DNA of 64,000 nucleotides from Ruditapes philippinarum (Eukaryota): NCBI RefSeq assembly GCF_026571515.1, contig NW_026852234.1, positions 124,001 to 188,000 of the forward strand, read 5' to 3'. Shown piece by piece: positions 38,601 to 50,429 of this stretch (position 1 is its first letter; each line of letters starts with the position of its first letter). The notes under the pieces were generated by a model. It saw only the letters and a program-made list of their open reading frames with translations, ran no database searches and was not told where the DNA came from. The position numbers and the translations under genes were made by a program.

Positions 38601-41600
38601 TTGCATATGCACTGTTTCCCTCAAAATCTTCCATATCTATTCTCAGTTCATGTCCGCCATCTGATGTTAGTAGACTCAAATGTTCATTGCCAAGCCAGAA
38701 CTCACCATTCAGATCACCAAAGCCGTTTTTATAATCAGCCCAGTTTCGATAAAAGTCTGTTTTACCATTTAGTCTTCTTTGAAATACTATCCAGCCCCCA
38801 CCGTCAGTAGTTTGGTCACAGTAAATTTCAAAACCTTTTGGATGATTGTAAATTTTATTTTCCATCTGATTTATTTTTTTTAACGAAAGACAGGGGGAAC
38901 TCGAGAATGGGTGGCCACTATGTATTAATAGAAAAGTAACAAGTGTTTCAATGTTATCAATTTGTTTAGATATTTTCATATCATTTTCAGTGTTTAGTTG
39001 TACCTGTTCAGCCATACTTTTCAACGCTTTAATTTCAGGTGTTATTATGTCTTTGTGCACATCTTTGACCTTTTCAAAATTAGTTAATAATTGATCAGTG
39101 TTATTTACAGCAACTTCGCAATAATCTTTAACATCTTTGTTTAGGGATATCAAATTGTTTTCAATCTTTGGAATTTCCCGTCGTAATCTTACAATCTCAG
39201 TTTTTTCATCAGTGAAGGCTGCCCTAAGTCTAGTGAAATCCTCTTTCAATGTATCCACAGTTTCAAAATCAATGTCATCAGCTTTTGATGCAACTGAAGG
39301 AATGGGCTGTTCTTTTCCTATTGTAGCATTTAGCACTTTATCTATGTCATCTAGTCGTCCTATAATTTCAGCAATATCTTCGTCTCTAAACGTAAACTCG
39401 GTATTAAGTCTAGTTTCTAAATGTTTGACCTTTAACTTTAGCCGATCAATTTTTTTTGCTGAACTCGTCGAAGCAAATACACTGAGGAGAATGACTGTTA
39501 CTTTACCAAACAACTGCATATTTATATGTAAATAATTGTTGTGAAACTTTCTTGAAGCTGGTACAAAATATTTGCCCATATCAGTTTAGAATAATTTGAA
39601 AACAACTTGAAACAATCCGATTCCTTTATTCTTAAGAACAAAATTTTATCCCATTCGTTCACTATTCTATCAATTTATGATGTATAATTTTCTCTCGATC
39701 GAAAGAATGTATTGTTTATACATAAATTTAAAATAACTACTTTAATCCTCTTATTCTTAAGAGGTTGTGAACTGTTCTCTTGCCTGTCAAAAGAAACAAA
39801 TACAAGATGCATTGAAACGAAATGGCACCAGTTATTTTTTCCTCAAGTGTTTTAAGGTGAGATACTTGATTAAATCTAATCATAATAATGTCAAGTATAC
39901 ATACAATTATTAATTTTCCCAAACAAGTTTCACATGATGTTTTGAATGTAATCTAAAATTTATTTCCGGTACAATAATAGGACAAAAGTATTCAAATGCA
40001 CGTGCCAGAATGTACATTATTTGAAAGCTGCCTCCTGATAAATAAATAAACTTAAGGGTCTTTCCTCAGTTTATATATTATTATAAATTATTTCTTTTTA
40101 GTCCCCTACCGGTTTAACCGGAGGGGACTTTAGGTTTACCCTCCGTCTGTCTGTCCGTCTGTCTGTCTGTCTGTTTGTCTGTCCGTCAGTCTGTCTGTCT
40201 GTCAGCCCGTCAGTCCGTCAGTCCACAAAAATGGATCCCGCGATAACGCAAAAAGTACTGAAAATATTTTTATGAAACTTGATATATGGATAGATGGCAG
40301 TATGGACATTATGCACGTCTTTTTTTTTCTTCCTATGTTGAAAATTCTGGTTGCTATGGCAACAAATAGTCTGAAAATATGTCAAATTTAACACATAACC
40401 TGGATCCAGTGATAACTCAAAAAGTACTGAAAATATTTTTATGAAACTTCACATATGGGTAGATGGCAGTCTGGAGATTATGCACATTTTTTTCTTTTCT
40501 TCCTATGTTGAAAATTCTGGTTGCTATGGCAACAAATAGCCTGAATTTCAAGATTTCTGATTTAAATTTTTCAGCTTTTACACTATGAGTTCTTTATTTC
40601 TTAAGGTGTTTACTTCAGACTTTAAATATAAGTTTCTGGCCATCAACCACATCATATGTGACAAGGTTTGCAACTTTAGCACAAAAATTATCAGTATTAC
40701 CTCCCTTGAACTTAGAATTTTTATGAAAAAAATGTTGTCTTTTTTAAATAACTTCTTTATTTCCTAATGTATCTACTTCAAACTTCATATATATGTTTCT
40801 TATTATCACTCAACATTTTTGAGAAGGTTAAATACTCTAGCAAGACTATTTCCAGAATTATCTCCCCCTTTAACTTAGATTTTTTCGAGAAATAGGTATT
40901 TTTCACTCTAACTTCTTCATTCCTTACAGGATTTACTTTAAAATCCCACATCATAATAATATGACAAGGTTGTTTAAACAGAATTTCCTTACTAGGCAGG
41001 GAAACTTAACACATTACTGTGATATAGACAAACTTAGAACTGAAAAGGTTTAAGTTCATTCATGTCATTCATCCACTGGTAAAATTGAATGGCCAATGGC
41101 ACATCAGAATGCTGCTGGGGTTCTAACCGGTAGGGGACTTATGGATTGCTTGCAATACTATGTTAATTGCTTGTTTTTTTTTTAATTTTGCCTTTTCAAA
41201 ATTAAATTCCGATCTGAAATAATTCTACACACTATATATTATAACATGAAAAGTATGCAGTTTTGTATTCAATATGAACAAATGATGACGTAATAAACAG
41301 AGAAACCAAATATGTAAATGAGGCATGTTATGGGTATGTAAATTCATTATTTTGCAGGTTAGTGAGTAGCTTTACCAAGCAGATGGTGAAGCTTGCCATT
41401 GACCAGTTACGACCGGAGTTTGAGCGGATGGCAGGCAGAGCTGCTGAGAGGGCATTGGATTCAAAAATGATGAAAGTATGTTTATAAAATTTCTTATGCG
41501 TTTTCTGTAAAATTTTCGATGAAGTATATTCATAATTATTATTTTGAAAGAAAATAAAGAGTACCTCCACATTTTTTACGACAAGAATTAAAAGGATGTA

Positions 41601-44600
41601 CGTTATGCACAGCACCGCAGTCATTAAATCGATTAAGGTTTTAGTATAACTGGGACCAAAAATATTCTTTAAATTTATTTTTGGTCCCAGAGTATAATGA
41701 TAATTAAAACATTTTAAGCAAATTTATAGATAACATGAAGATCAATAATTAATTTAAGTGCAATAGCTTTATAATAATCCATACAAGAGCATACTTAACA
41801 GGGTAATATAAATAAGTCATACTTAAAACTGATGGGTTTTTTAACTTTTTTTTATTGGAAAACAGCATTATAATAAAAAAAATATCAAATACGAAAAACG
41901 TTTTGCATCTAAAGTAAATCCCCCTGTATTCCATAAAAACACTATGTTATAGTGGCTTTTTTCTGCCATTTAGTGTCTTCGTGTTGGCGCCCTTAAATGT
42001 CGAAGGCGAAGAAACGATAACTTATGTTCACTTATTGTGTCTTCGCCTTCGACACGTAGTTAGCATGCTCCTTTGGATGTTGATTATGAATCCATAACAT
42101 TAATTTACTCGAACACAGTTGGGATATGTTAAAATAGATGAATACTTACCGTACGTCTATTGTATTCCCCGCGCCGACATGTATATACTGGTACAGCTGT
42201 CGACGCTGGAACAGCTGTCTGCCCATTTGATTGTACGGTGTGATCTAGATATAAAAATAATTTTCCAGATCAAGGGCTGATTGAATATATTCTTACCATA
42301 CTGAACTACATTGTATTTATGTTTCACTATTACCACGGTACATGTTCCTCCTTGTTAATTTGGAGTTAATACAAACACAAAACTTAGATTGATAATGTCT
42401 GGCAGAGCCAGACTCTTTATTGTCTAAGAATAGATTATGATATAATCAAAAGATAAACCAAAAAACATCAAATACGCTTTCATACAGAAAACAATTGCAG
42501 CAAACGTTATAATAGATGAACAAAAACCACTCTTCAAATTTTAATTGTCCAAATGATTGATTTAACTGATTCAGGAATTTTAACGATAATACAAAGTCTG
42601 ATCAGATTTCATACATTTAGGCTGTCTTTCCTGACAAATGATAACCGCTGAAAGCAGTCTTATAGGTGATAAGACATAAATTTATTGGTCATTTTTGATA
42701 CATTGTAGGTGAAAGAAATACAAGACGAACTGAACAGAAAAGAGAAAGAATTGCACCAGCTTAGGTTAGAAAAGAAAATAATACAATCAAAGTTGGACAA
42801 GGAGAAACAGCAAAACGTTAAATCTCAACAGGTTAGTGTTATGAATCAGTGACTTATACTGTTCTTTCATTCAAAAGAGGAAAACAAATACAATGTACTA
42901 TTAATGTTAGATAAATTATTCCCCAAAGGGCAAAAGATAGCCGAGCCGCCCACCTTACTTGCACTGACGTTACATAGACTTGTACTTATTTTTGTGACCT
43001 TTTAGCCTTGTACATGTAGTTAAATCATGTTTGGCGAATATTATTGTCTGGCGGATGTGTCTGTACAATTATGTAGGATTGTTTTTCTTTGTTTCTATTC
43101 TTATTATCTTTCACTGCTTTTACTGCCATTATCATGATCTAATTAGAGGCTAAAATCCTCCTTTTGTATGAACATCTGTAGAAGCACAAAACGAGCCCAT
43201 AGGGTGAGGGATTTAATAAATCTTAAGCTACAGTTTCACTTACATCTCGGCAGAACCCGGGTAGACGTCCGGGGTGATCCGGAAACAACCGGAGTACCAA
43301 ACTCCCCGCAGCGGTTGTAGCAATTAAAGCGTGACGTAGCCGCTGTGTGGAGTTTGCTGGAGTGCATCCGTAACTCTGCCGGCAACGTCCGGGATGATAC
43401 GGGAACATCCGGCATCCCAGAGGATGCAGGCAGAGCCCCGGAGGATGACGATGGAGCTAAGGTTGATCCCGGTAAAGCCCGGTTCATTTCAAAAGAATCA
43501 TGACAATTTGCCATGATTGCATTTGTTTGTGTTAAAACCCTTCCCATTTCCCTTCTATCCAGTCTTGCGTAAGGATTTTTCAGAAAATCATCATGAATTA
43601 CTGTTCTGGAAAAATAGATATTATATTAAATAAAAATTATATATCAATGTAATCATTTTCGCGCGTTTTCAATCAACAGGGATTCTACCGGAGCACTGCC
43701 TAGATCGCCCTGCGCTCTGCCGGGGCTCTGCCTGGATCGGCCGGGGCTCTGCCTGGGTCAACATGGGCTCTTCCGGTGTCATCCGGGAACGACCGGGGGA
43801 GCACCCGCATGAACCGTAGCTTCACCTGGGTTCTGCCTGAATGGTCCGGAGCGCATCGATCTGGGTGGTTAGTTGGGAATTACCGTAGTGCTGCCGGGGT
43901 GATACCGCAACAATAATTTCACCCCGGATCGTCCTGGATCATCCCAGTAACTTAACGGGGTAGTCCTGGGCTCTGCCGGGAATAAGTGAGACCGCAGCTT
44001 AAGGGCTTCTGCAGACGTTGATGCATGGGAAAAGGTTCTGCATTAGCGCTATTCTTGTATAAAAGTATACGTCTTCATCGGTAGTATCTGTATAATTATA
44101 AAGAACCGTCGTCTTTGCCATGCTTTCCACGTGTCAGTGTGATGTCATTGATAGTTATGTTTTGATAACGTTTATCAAAACTACTGGGGTGCCATTGCTT
44201 TACACTGTTTTTACATTGCGCCCTAATTAAAGCAAAACATCAGCTATATAGTAGTCTAAAATGAAAGAAAATGGTAATTGAATATTGCATATGCCCGTAA
44301 AATGTTTACTAGGAGACAAAAAGGTCTATTTATTTTTTTATCCAAAACAGGCAATGGGCAGTATGGAACAAAAGGAAAAGGAAATTCGAAAACTTGAAGC
44401 TGAAATTCACTCAATGAAAACAAAATTGCGAAAGAAAGCAGACGAACTAAAACGAGAGCGTGACAGGGCCACCATTGAAGAAAGCAAGCGTTTAGAACTT
44501 GAGAGTTCCTTACAAAGTAACATTGACAAGCTTCGAAAAGAACTTGATAAAGTCAAAGGTCAGCTTGGTCAAATAAGGTCAGCCAAGAATGTTGGTGATG

Positions 44601-44707
44601 AGGAGACAAAAAAGTTGCGGGAAAGGGAAAGACAACTCTTAGAGGAAATTGAAGAGCTGAAGTCGCAAAGTACTCCAAGAAAGAGAAGAAACACAAATAA
44701 TCGTTAA
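35639..44707 (+). CDS. Uncharacterised coiled-coil protein (~238-240 aa) with C-terminal basic NLS-like TPRKRR
   Basis: Exons 35639-35684, (35821-35826 micro-exon), 36209-36281, 41358-41475, 42709-42831, 44351-44707. All GT-AG, phase-consistent and open to the TAA at 44705-44707. The last two exons are K/E-rich heptad sequence. Confidence 0.75.
36429..37700 (+). mobile_element. HINE-like element family D, copy 1
   Basis: Subterminal IR AGTCCCCTACCGGT 36429-36442 / ACCGGTAGGGGACT 37651-37664; 5' hairpin; (GTCC/GTCT)n; 2x internal unit; 3' palindrome attgcttgcaat and CTTGTT end. Confidence 0.85.
38281..39579 (-). CDS. Secreted fibrinogen-related domain (FReD) protein: signal peptide + coiled coil + FBG domain; intronless, nested in an intron of the coiled-coil gene
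   Basis: 432-aa ORF. Likely start Met21 at 39519 (MQLFGKVTVILLSVFASTSSA signal peptide). FBG motifs YCDQTTDGGGWIVFQRR, DYKNGFG, EFWLGN, FSTYDRDQD, GAWWYSNCHHSNLNG. TATAAA on minus strand at 39720-39715. Confidence 0.95.
   Translation of the reverse strand: MGKYFVPASRKFHNNYLHINMQLFGKVTVILLSVFASTSSAKKIDRLKLKVKHLETRLNTEFTFRDEDIAEIIGRLDDIDKVLNATIGKEQPIPSVASKADDIDFETVDTLKEDFTRLRAAFTDEKTEIVRLRREIPKIENNLISLNKDVKDYCEVAVNNTDQLLTNFEKVKDVHKDIITPEIKALKSMAEQVQLNTENDMKISKQIDNIETLVTFLLIHSGHPFSSSPCLSLKKINQMENKIYNHPKGFEIYCDQTTDGGGWIVFQRRLNGKTDFYRNWADYKNGFGDLNGEFWLGNEHLSLLTSDGGHELRIDMEDFEGNSAYAKYSKFKVYPEEDNYKLEVSGYSGTAGDSLEWHNGMMFSTYDRDQDASHLGNCAKSSHGAWWYSNCHHSNLNGQYYNQPGKIDITGINWWYWKKNRYSLKKVEMKFR
40100..41175 (+). 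mobile_element. HINE-like element family D, copy 2
   Basis: Same subterminal IRs at 40100-40113 / 41126-41139, same internal structure and orientation as copy 1. Confidence 0.85.
43227..43998. mobile_element. GC/CpG-rich non-autonomous TIR element flanked by TTAA (Harbinger- or Kolobok-like)
   Basis: gctacagtttcactta vs taagtgagaccgcagc (13/16 inverted); TTAA at 43223-43226 and 43999-44002; many ccgg subterminal repeats. Confidence 0.7.
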
Positions 44708-45884
44708 TCATAGGAAAGGACATTACTTATTGTGTTTTGAAGGAGTTTAATGGATATTTATTTGGTTTGGTGTTGAACGTTTGTACAACTTTCACTTTAT
44801 ATGAGCTACATTTTGTATTTGCATTTGTTTCGCACTTGTTTGAAAAACATTTAAATTAATAATCTTTCTGTAAGTCTCATTTCTTTGTATGGTTAATATT
44901 AAACTACTTGTGATAGAAGTTGAGGGACTTGTTTTAGAAAACTTACCTGAATTTGCTAGTAAATGAAATGTTCAATGTTACTTCAAGAGGTCATTTTGTA
45001 TTTCTTTAGACGATAAGTAACAGGACTCATGGAAGCTCACACGCCGATTATATACCCAAGAAATGTTTTTTTTTATTTTCAAAAGTTTATTATTTTGGCG
45101 ACCTGTTATAGTTTCCAAAAAGTTACTCATTGGCCAATTACCTAAACAATTTATTATCCTGTTTCTTTTTGGCACTTAATACATTTATTGAGATTCAGTA
45201 TTTTGTATGGAAGTCAAAATATCACTTTGTTTACATTTTGGTACTTATATGACAAATAGTTTCACTCTCAGCACTTCATTTTATGGCATCTTACATGCTC
45301 TTTTAAAAACCATTTTTCAACATTTAAAACATATGAAAACAGTTATTCTGTATGAGGCATAATGGGCCTTCAGAAGATTTGTAGACAAAACTGAAAACTA
45401 ATTTAAAACATTAACAATTTTAAAAAGACGTCATTTAGTCAGAATGTCATAAACCAATTTTTCATTTCATAATTTATTTGTTGTGCTTTTGTTGTTGTAA
45501 TTGTTCCCCCTGACATTTCCGATGCTCAGAAATTGTGTTGTCACGTTACAGTGGCGTCGCTTTGTTTCATGTGGTGTATTAAAACAATGTTTGTGTGGTT
45601 TGTTCTAACTGATTAAAATATGATTCAGGTTATCAAAATGCGGCAGTGTCTGTCATTAGAACCTGTAGACGTTCTCACCAATTTTTTTGTTTGGTTTTTG
45701 TTAAGTCCTACATTGAGGCGTGTCCTACAAACTGATAAGACTCTAAATAAAGATGTCTGGTGTGATCTGGATAAAAATTTGATAAAAACTTGATACATTA
45801 CGTATACAACAGATATTGGAATAAAAGTACAGCGGTCTCCACACTGTAGGGTGTCGAGAGCGGGTATTTTGTTTTAATGAAAAT

Positions 45885-47291
45885 ATGGAGCTACGCAGTG
45901 GTCTTTTGTTTTTAACAGGTTTCGTGCTAGTTTATGGGTCGGTTAGTATTTCCAGTTTTATTTATTCCAACATATTCTCATTGCATTTATAGACGCTGGA
46001 TTTTAAAATTCTTTACTGATTGGTTATTTACGTCTATGATAAATTAATGCATGATTGTATAAGTTTTAAACCATGAAAGCATCATTTGTATATGTATGCA
46101 TCTTTTGGGCAAAAAAATTTGCTTGATGCATCATTTAAAGTGCAGTATACAATGACATGTTTTAAACTATTATGCCAATAGACAATATAAAACTTATACT
46201 ATATGTTTATGCATTTGTTGCTCATTTTACTTGTAACTAAACATACTCGACTTAATCAGCTAGCCCAACAGAAAAAAAACTCACATGCCTCTTATGATCT
46301 TTATTCCCAGACGGTTAAGCCAAATGCGAGTAACAACGTCACCGCAGCCGTGACAGTGACACTAACAACCCCGCTGACTTCCGCCAGTCAACTTGCTACG
46401 ATAAATGGCCAACTTGTAAGACTTATAGACAATTGCACCGTTGGAATCACATCTTCCTGTCCATATGCATATTGCTGCACAAAAAAGGTTGGTCTAAGTG
46501 TGTCACGCCCTAATTACAGACGTCATGTCATGTTTAGAACAGTGAACTTTCAGAGTACATATTAAGGGTCAATTTTGCAATACTCAGATGAATTTTAGTT
46601 CAATGATATATGTATCGATTGCTGAACTTCTTAGATCGAGTTCTTTGTCAAAAGTAATTACAAAATGTGAACGAATCACAACAGACTTGTACTTATCTCA
46701 TGTTGGCCTTGTGACAATCTACGTATTGACAACGCTGGCAGTGTGATATAAGTTGAATAACTGGAGTGAAACATGTTGGAGAAAGAAGTACAGAATAGAC
46801 TCGAACCGAATAAACATGATTTAGATAAACATTGACATAATTTAAGCAAGAATAGAAAACTGCTTGTTTTAAAGATAACCAAGGCATTTGTCAGCCCGTT
46901 TCACACACAAAAAATTCGTGTAATTAATTGCATACGATACAAAAAGACGTTTCTGCAAGCACTGTGATTTCTCGAAAACACTTAGAGAGTCCTTGTTTAA
47001 ACCTAATTACTGTTCTTTGACATCCTAAGGACTACGTCTTTTCTAACAGTTCATTTACCGCGTATTAATAATCTCAGAAAAAAATGTTTTAATCACCTTA
47101 ATGCAGGAATTTACTTTTCTTTTCAGTACATGACATACAGTTCTGACTACGTTGGTGATAGGCCAGTTTACCAGTTAGAATGCAAACCATTGAGAAGGAC
47201 GGGAGAATTCTGCTATTTCAACACCCCGGAACAATACTGCCCATGTGCAACTCGATGTCACACAAACGGCTTCTACGGCAGTTGTCTTTGA
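45885..47291 (+). CDS. Small secreted prokineticin/astakine-like (colipase-fold) 10-cysteine protein, 132 aa
   Basis: Exons 45885-45941 (MELRSGLLFLTGFVLVYGS signal peptide), 46311-46487, 47127-47291, all phase 0 GT-AG. Cys pattern C-x7-C-x4-CC-x21-C(KPLRRTGEF)C-x8-CPC-x3-C-x8-C matches prokineticin/astakine spacing. Confidence 0.8.
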
Positions 47292-47835
47292 AAATCTGTC
47301 CCATCGTTCAAAAAACTGAATTTGTGAAATATTTTTAACGCATGAAGCGAAAAGATCTCAATTGGGTATAAAACCTATAACCTATATTTACGTCATTCAC
47401 TTTCTACTACTTTTCCCTTGCAAGCAATTATAAAGAAAAAAGAGAACAAAATGTCAACAAGGCAAGGCGACGTTAACAGAAGCATCCAAGTGAAGAAAGC
47501 CAAGTGATTCCAATTGCATTCAATTTTTAAGTTGAGGTCAACAAATTTTTAGCATTTTTGTGACGCCAGTTGTTTTTTTTACGTAATACTAATATTACAA
47601 TGGTTTGTCATGTATCCAATTGGCATCTTTTCACCATTGTCCTGACATTGTTTTTTTTCTCTAAAATAAAACGTTATATATGCCACATTTACAGTGATTA
47701 AGCTTGTCCGTCTAATTTAACATTGGCATTTCCTTTCGCAAGCTATGTTTTATTGTAAAGCTGTTTAAAGTCTTTTTCAAAGAGCGCTAAAAGCAGTTGC
47801 ACATAAAGCATAGAATAAATGTTATCTATTATGTT

Positions 47836-48366
47836 ACAAGTAAAATGGTTTCCTGCGGGGAACATTTTTCATGATATAAAGATATTTCATTTAACTATTT
47901 TCAACACCGTTTTTTGCAGAGGGGAATAAATAAACGTTTATATCAGGAATATAGTTGACAATAATCGATCAATATAGAAGAAGGTCTTTCGAAACTGGTG
48001 ACCGTTGATGACCGGAGAAGGTCGAACATAAAACAATTATTTCTTTTTAAGAAAATGATTAAATAGGCCTACCATATTATGAATAATTAAAAGCAAAAAA
48101 ATAAAAATAAAAAATAAAAAAAACACACAAGTTTACGCAGAAAATATTTCTATTTATTATGGCAGATGCCACTACGAATATTTTAATTTTGTATATTTTC
48201 AGTATAAACAATTTATTGTTTGTAAAATTTGAGATACATATATTAAAGAAACAATGATAATTTTCAAATAAATCATTCAAGTTTTTCCACCTTAAACGGT
48301 AAAATAATTATAGAAAATTAGAAATATCACGTAATAGGTTTTTGTTCTCCGGACCGCAGGGAATAA
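47836..48366 (-). mobile_element. HINE-like element family A, internally deleted copy
   Basis: Matches 12829-~13298, then jumps to the terminal gaccgcagggaat. Confidence 0.75.
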
Positions 48367-48807
48367 GATCTAATAACAGACTTACACTTAGTCTATATAA
48401 AATAAGTGTTGTGGAATAAAAATAGCTCATCATGTGATATTGTGAAGTAGAAAACCGAGTTGTTCTGAACAGAAACTGTACTGTTAAAAGATTTTGTAAG
48501 TTATATTTATTTCCCAGTTTAAATTCCTCAAACATTGAATGATAAGCATGACAGGTGATAACACATGATGTGACTGTGTTTTTCCACTACTTGGTACCGG
48601 ACTGAACCAGTCAATTGTATATGCAATATTTCAGATCACTATCTCAGTTTTTTCTCTCTCCAGAATAATATTTAGGGTGGGAAAATGACTCAAATGAAAG
48701 AATCGCGCCAGAAAATTGGTTTTCAATTTACCTTAATAAATATTTCTTTATAATTATCTTTTGCACATTATCAATCTTTGTAAGGATTTCAAACTTATTG
48801 TTTTAGG

Positions 48808-49076
48808 CACAGGCACGAGTATCGGACCTAGGAAGAAAAAATATGACCATATTGATAAAAAAACAACCTGTGTTCATCCAGGTACGTATATTAATATACG
48901 TACCTGGTTCATCTTAAAAGTGTTAAAAAAAAACCTTTATACTATAAGTTAAGTCTTAACTTATAGTATATTTTTAAAGGTGGTCATAGTTTACATTTTT
49001 TTGACACTTTTTGAACACAGGTTTTTTATCAAACTGGTCATATTTTTTCCTCCCATGTCCGATACTCGTACCTGTG
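48808..49076. mobile_element. MITE with ~65-bp imperfect TIRs and 8-bp near-TSD (hAT-like)
   Basis: cacaggcacgagtatcggac..aaaaaatatgacc..cctgtgttca is inverted at 49012-49076; flanks GTTTTAGG / GTGTTAGG. Confidence 0.6.
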
Positions 49077-50429
49077 GTGTTAGGCCTTTTGACCTCAGTT
49101 GAGTCCCTGTAACCCCATTGCGGAAAGGTCAGAAACATATCGGGCATTAATGGTACATGTATTGGCATTTCCGAATTGGTTTGCTTCTTAAAATATTGCA
49201 ATGAATAAATTCTGGCTTATGATCTTTAATTATCGGAAAACAATCTACATATTCATAAAATAATTGCAATAGATTTCTGTCTCAGAAAAATATGTTATTC
49301 TGTCCAGGTTTAACTTGGTGTCAGGGGTTTCATTTTGGCTTAAATGTTACAGCGGCAATGGAACCGCTACATGGCGACTTTCCACTCAAGTGTATTATTT
49401 CATGGTACAGTGGGCACTCGAGTAGGTCCACCGTCCCTCAGTCTTTTTTATATTGACAAGAAACACAAGAGTTATATATAGAACTGTTGAACTTTTAATG
49501 AACAGATCAAAGTATTCGCGTGAACAACTCTTAACTGATAGGTATATAAAACATAAAAATGTATATAGAACAATAACAAACAGCAAATGATAATTGATAC
49601 TAAAGCAATTCTATTCTAACTTTGAACAATAAATTAACTAAATAAACTTTATAATACTGGCGACAAAACATCTATTTTACATGTACATCAATATAATGGT
49701 GTATATCATAATCTCTAATTAACCATTAATCTGCAAAATTTGTGTAATGGTTTGCGCGACTTTAAATTTGGAGCAGTCAATTCAAAATTTAAAGGATTTC
49801 AATACTTGAGCTACCAACATGGAAGTTCAGACTGGCCCGGCTCTATATTAAAGGTGAATAACAATCACTTCCGGTTCAAGCTGGGTCACTTCCGGTTCAA
49901 CCAGGATGAGGTTTAATATTGATTAAACATGATTTTTTATGACAATAATGGATTTGTCCCATATGTTCAGGACTGTCCTGAAAATCGGAAATTTATCCAA
50001 GTGGCAATTTTGTCCATATGAAAATAATTGTAATAAACAAAATATATTGTAAAAAATTTACAAAATGTCAAATAATAACACATGATAACTCTGAATACAA
50101 AATAGAGAAATCAGAATCCATATCAACAAAATAGAAAATGTTTCAGGCTTGGTTTAATTGAGCCTTTTCATGGACGGTACTTCCAAAGTGCAAGTAACCG
50201 TCCATGCCCCCATAGCACCGGCTTAAACTTCAAACATTTATACATAAAATGGCATTGTTTTTGGCATATGTTCTTCTAAGTTTCAGTCTGATGAAATTAT
50301 TATTAAATGCATAAATAACCTTGTTTTTGGCATGTTTTTTTTCTAAACGTCACTCTGGTGAAATTAACATTAAATGCAATACTAGTAATAACGTTGTCTT
50401 GTTATAATTCCTTCTTATTTCATGCTTTC

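Noticed and set aside
39137-39535. Antisense ORFs over FReD, ASB and ZnF exons (e.g. 39137-39535, 27092-28574, 56432-59070)
   Set aside because: Shadow ORFs of real coding exons with no domain features.
43223-43547. GC-rich ORFs as transposase
   Set aside because: No DDE or other transposase motifs; they are open because of GC content.
45877-45915. Upstream ATG as start of the secreted protein
   Set aside because: That frame stops at TAA 45913-45915; ATG 45885 gives the signal peptide.
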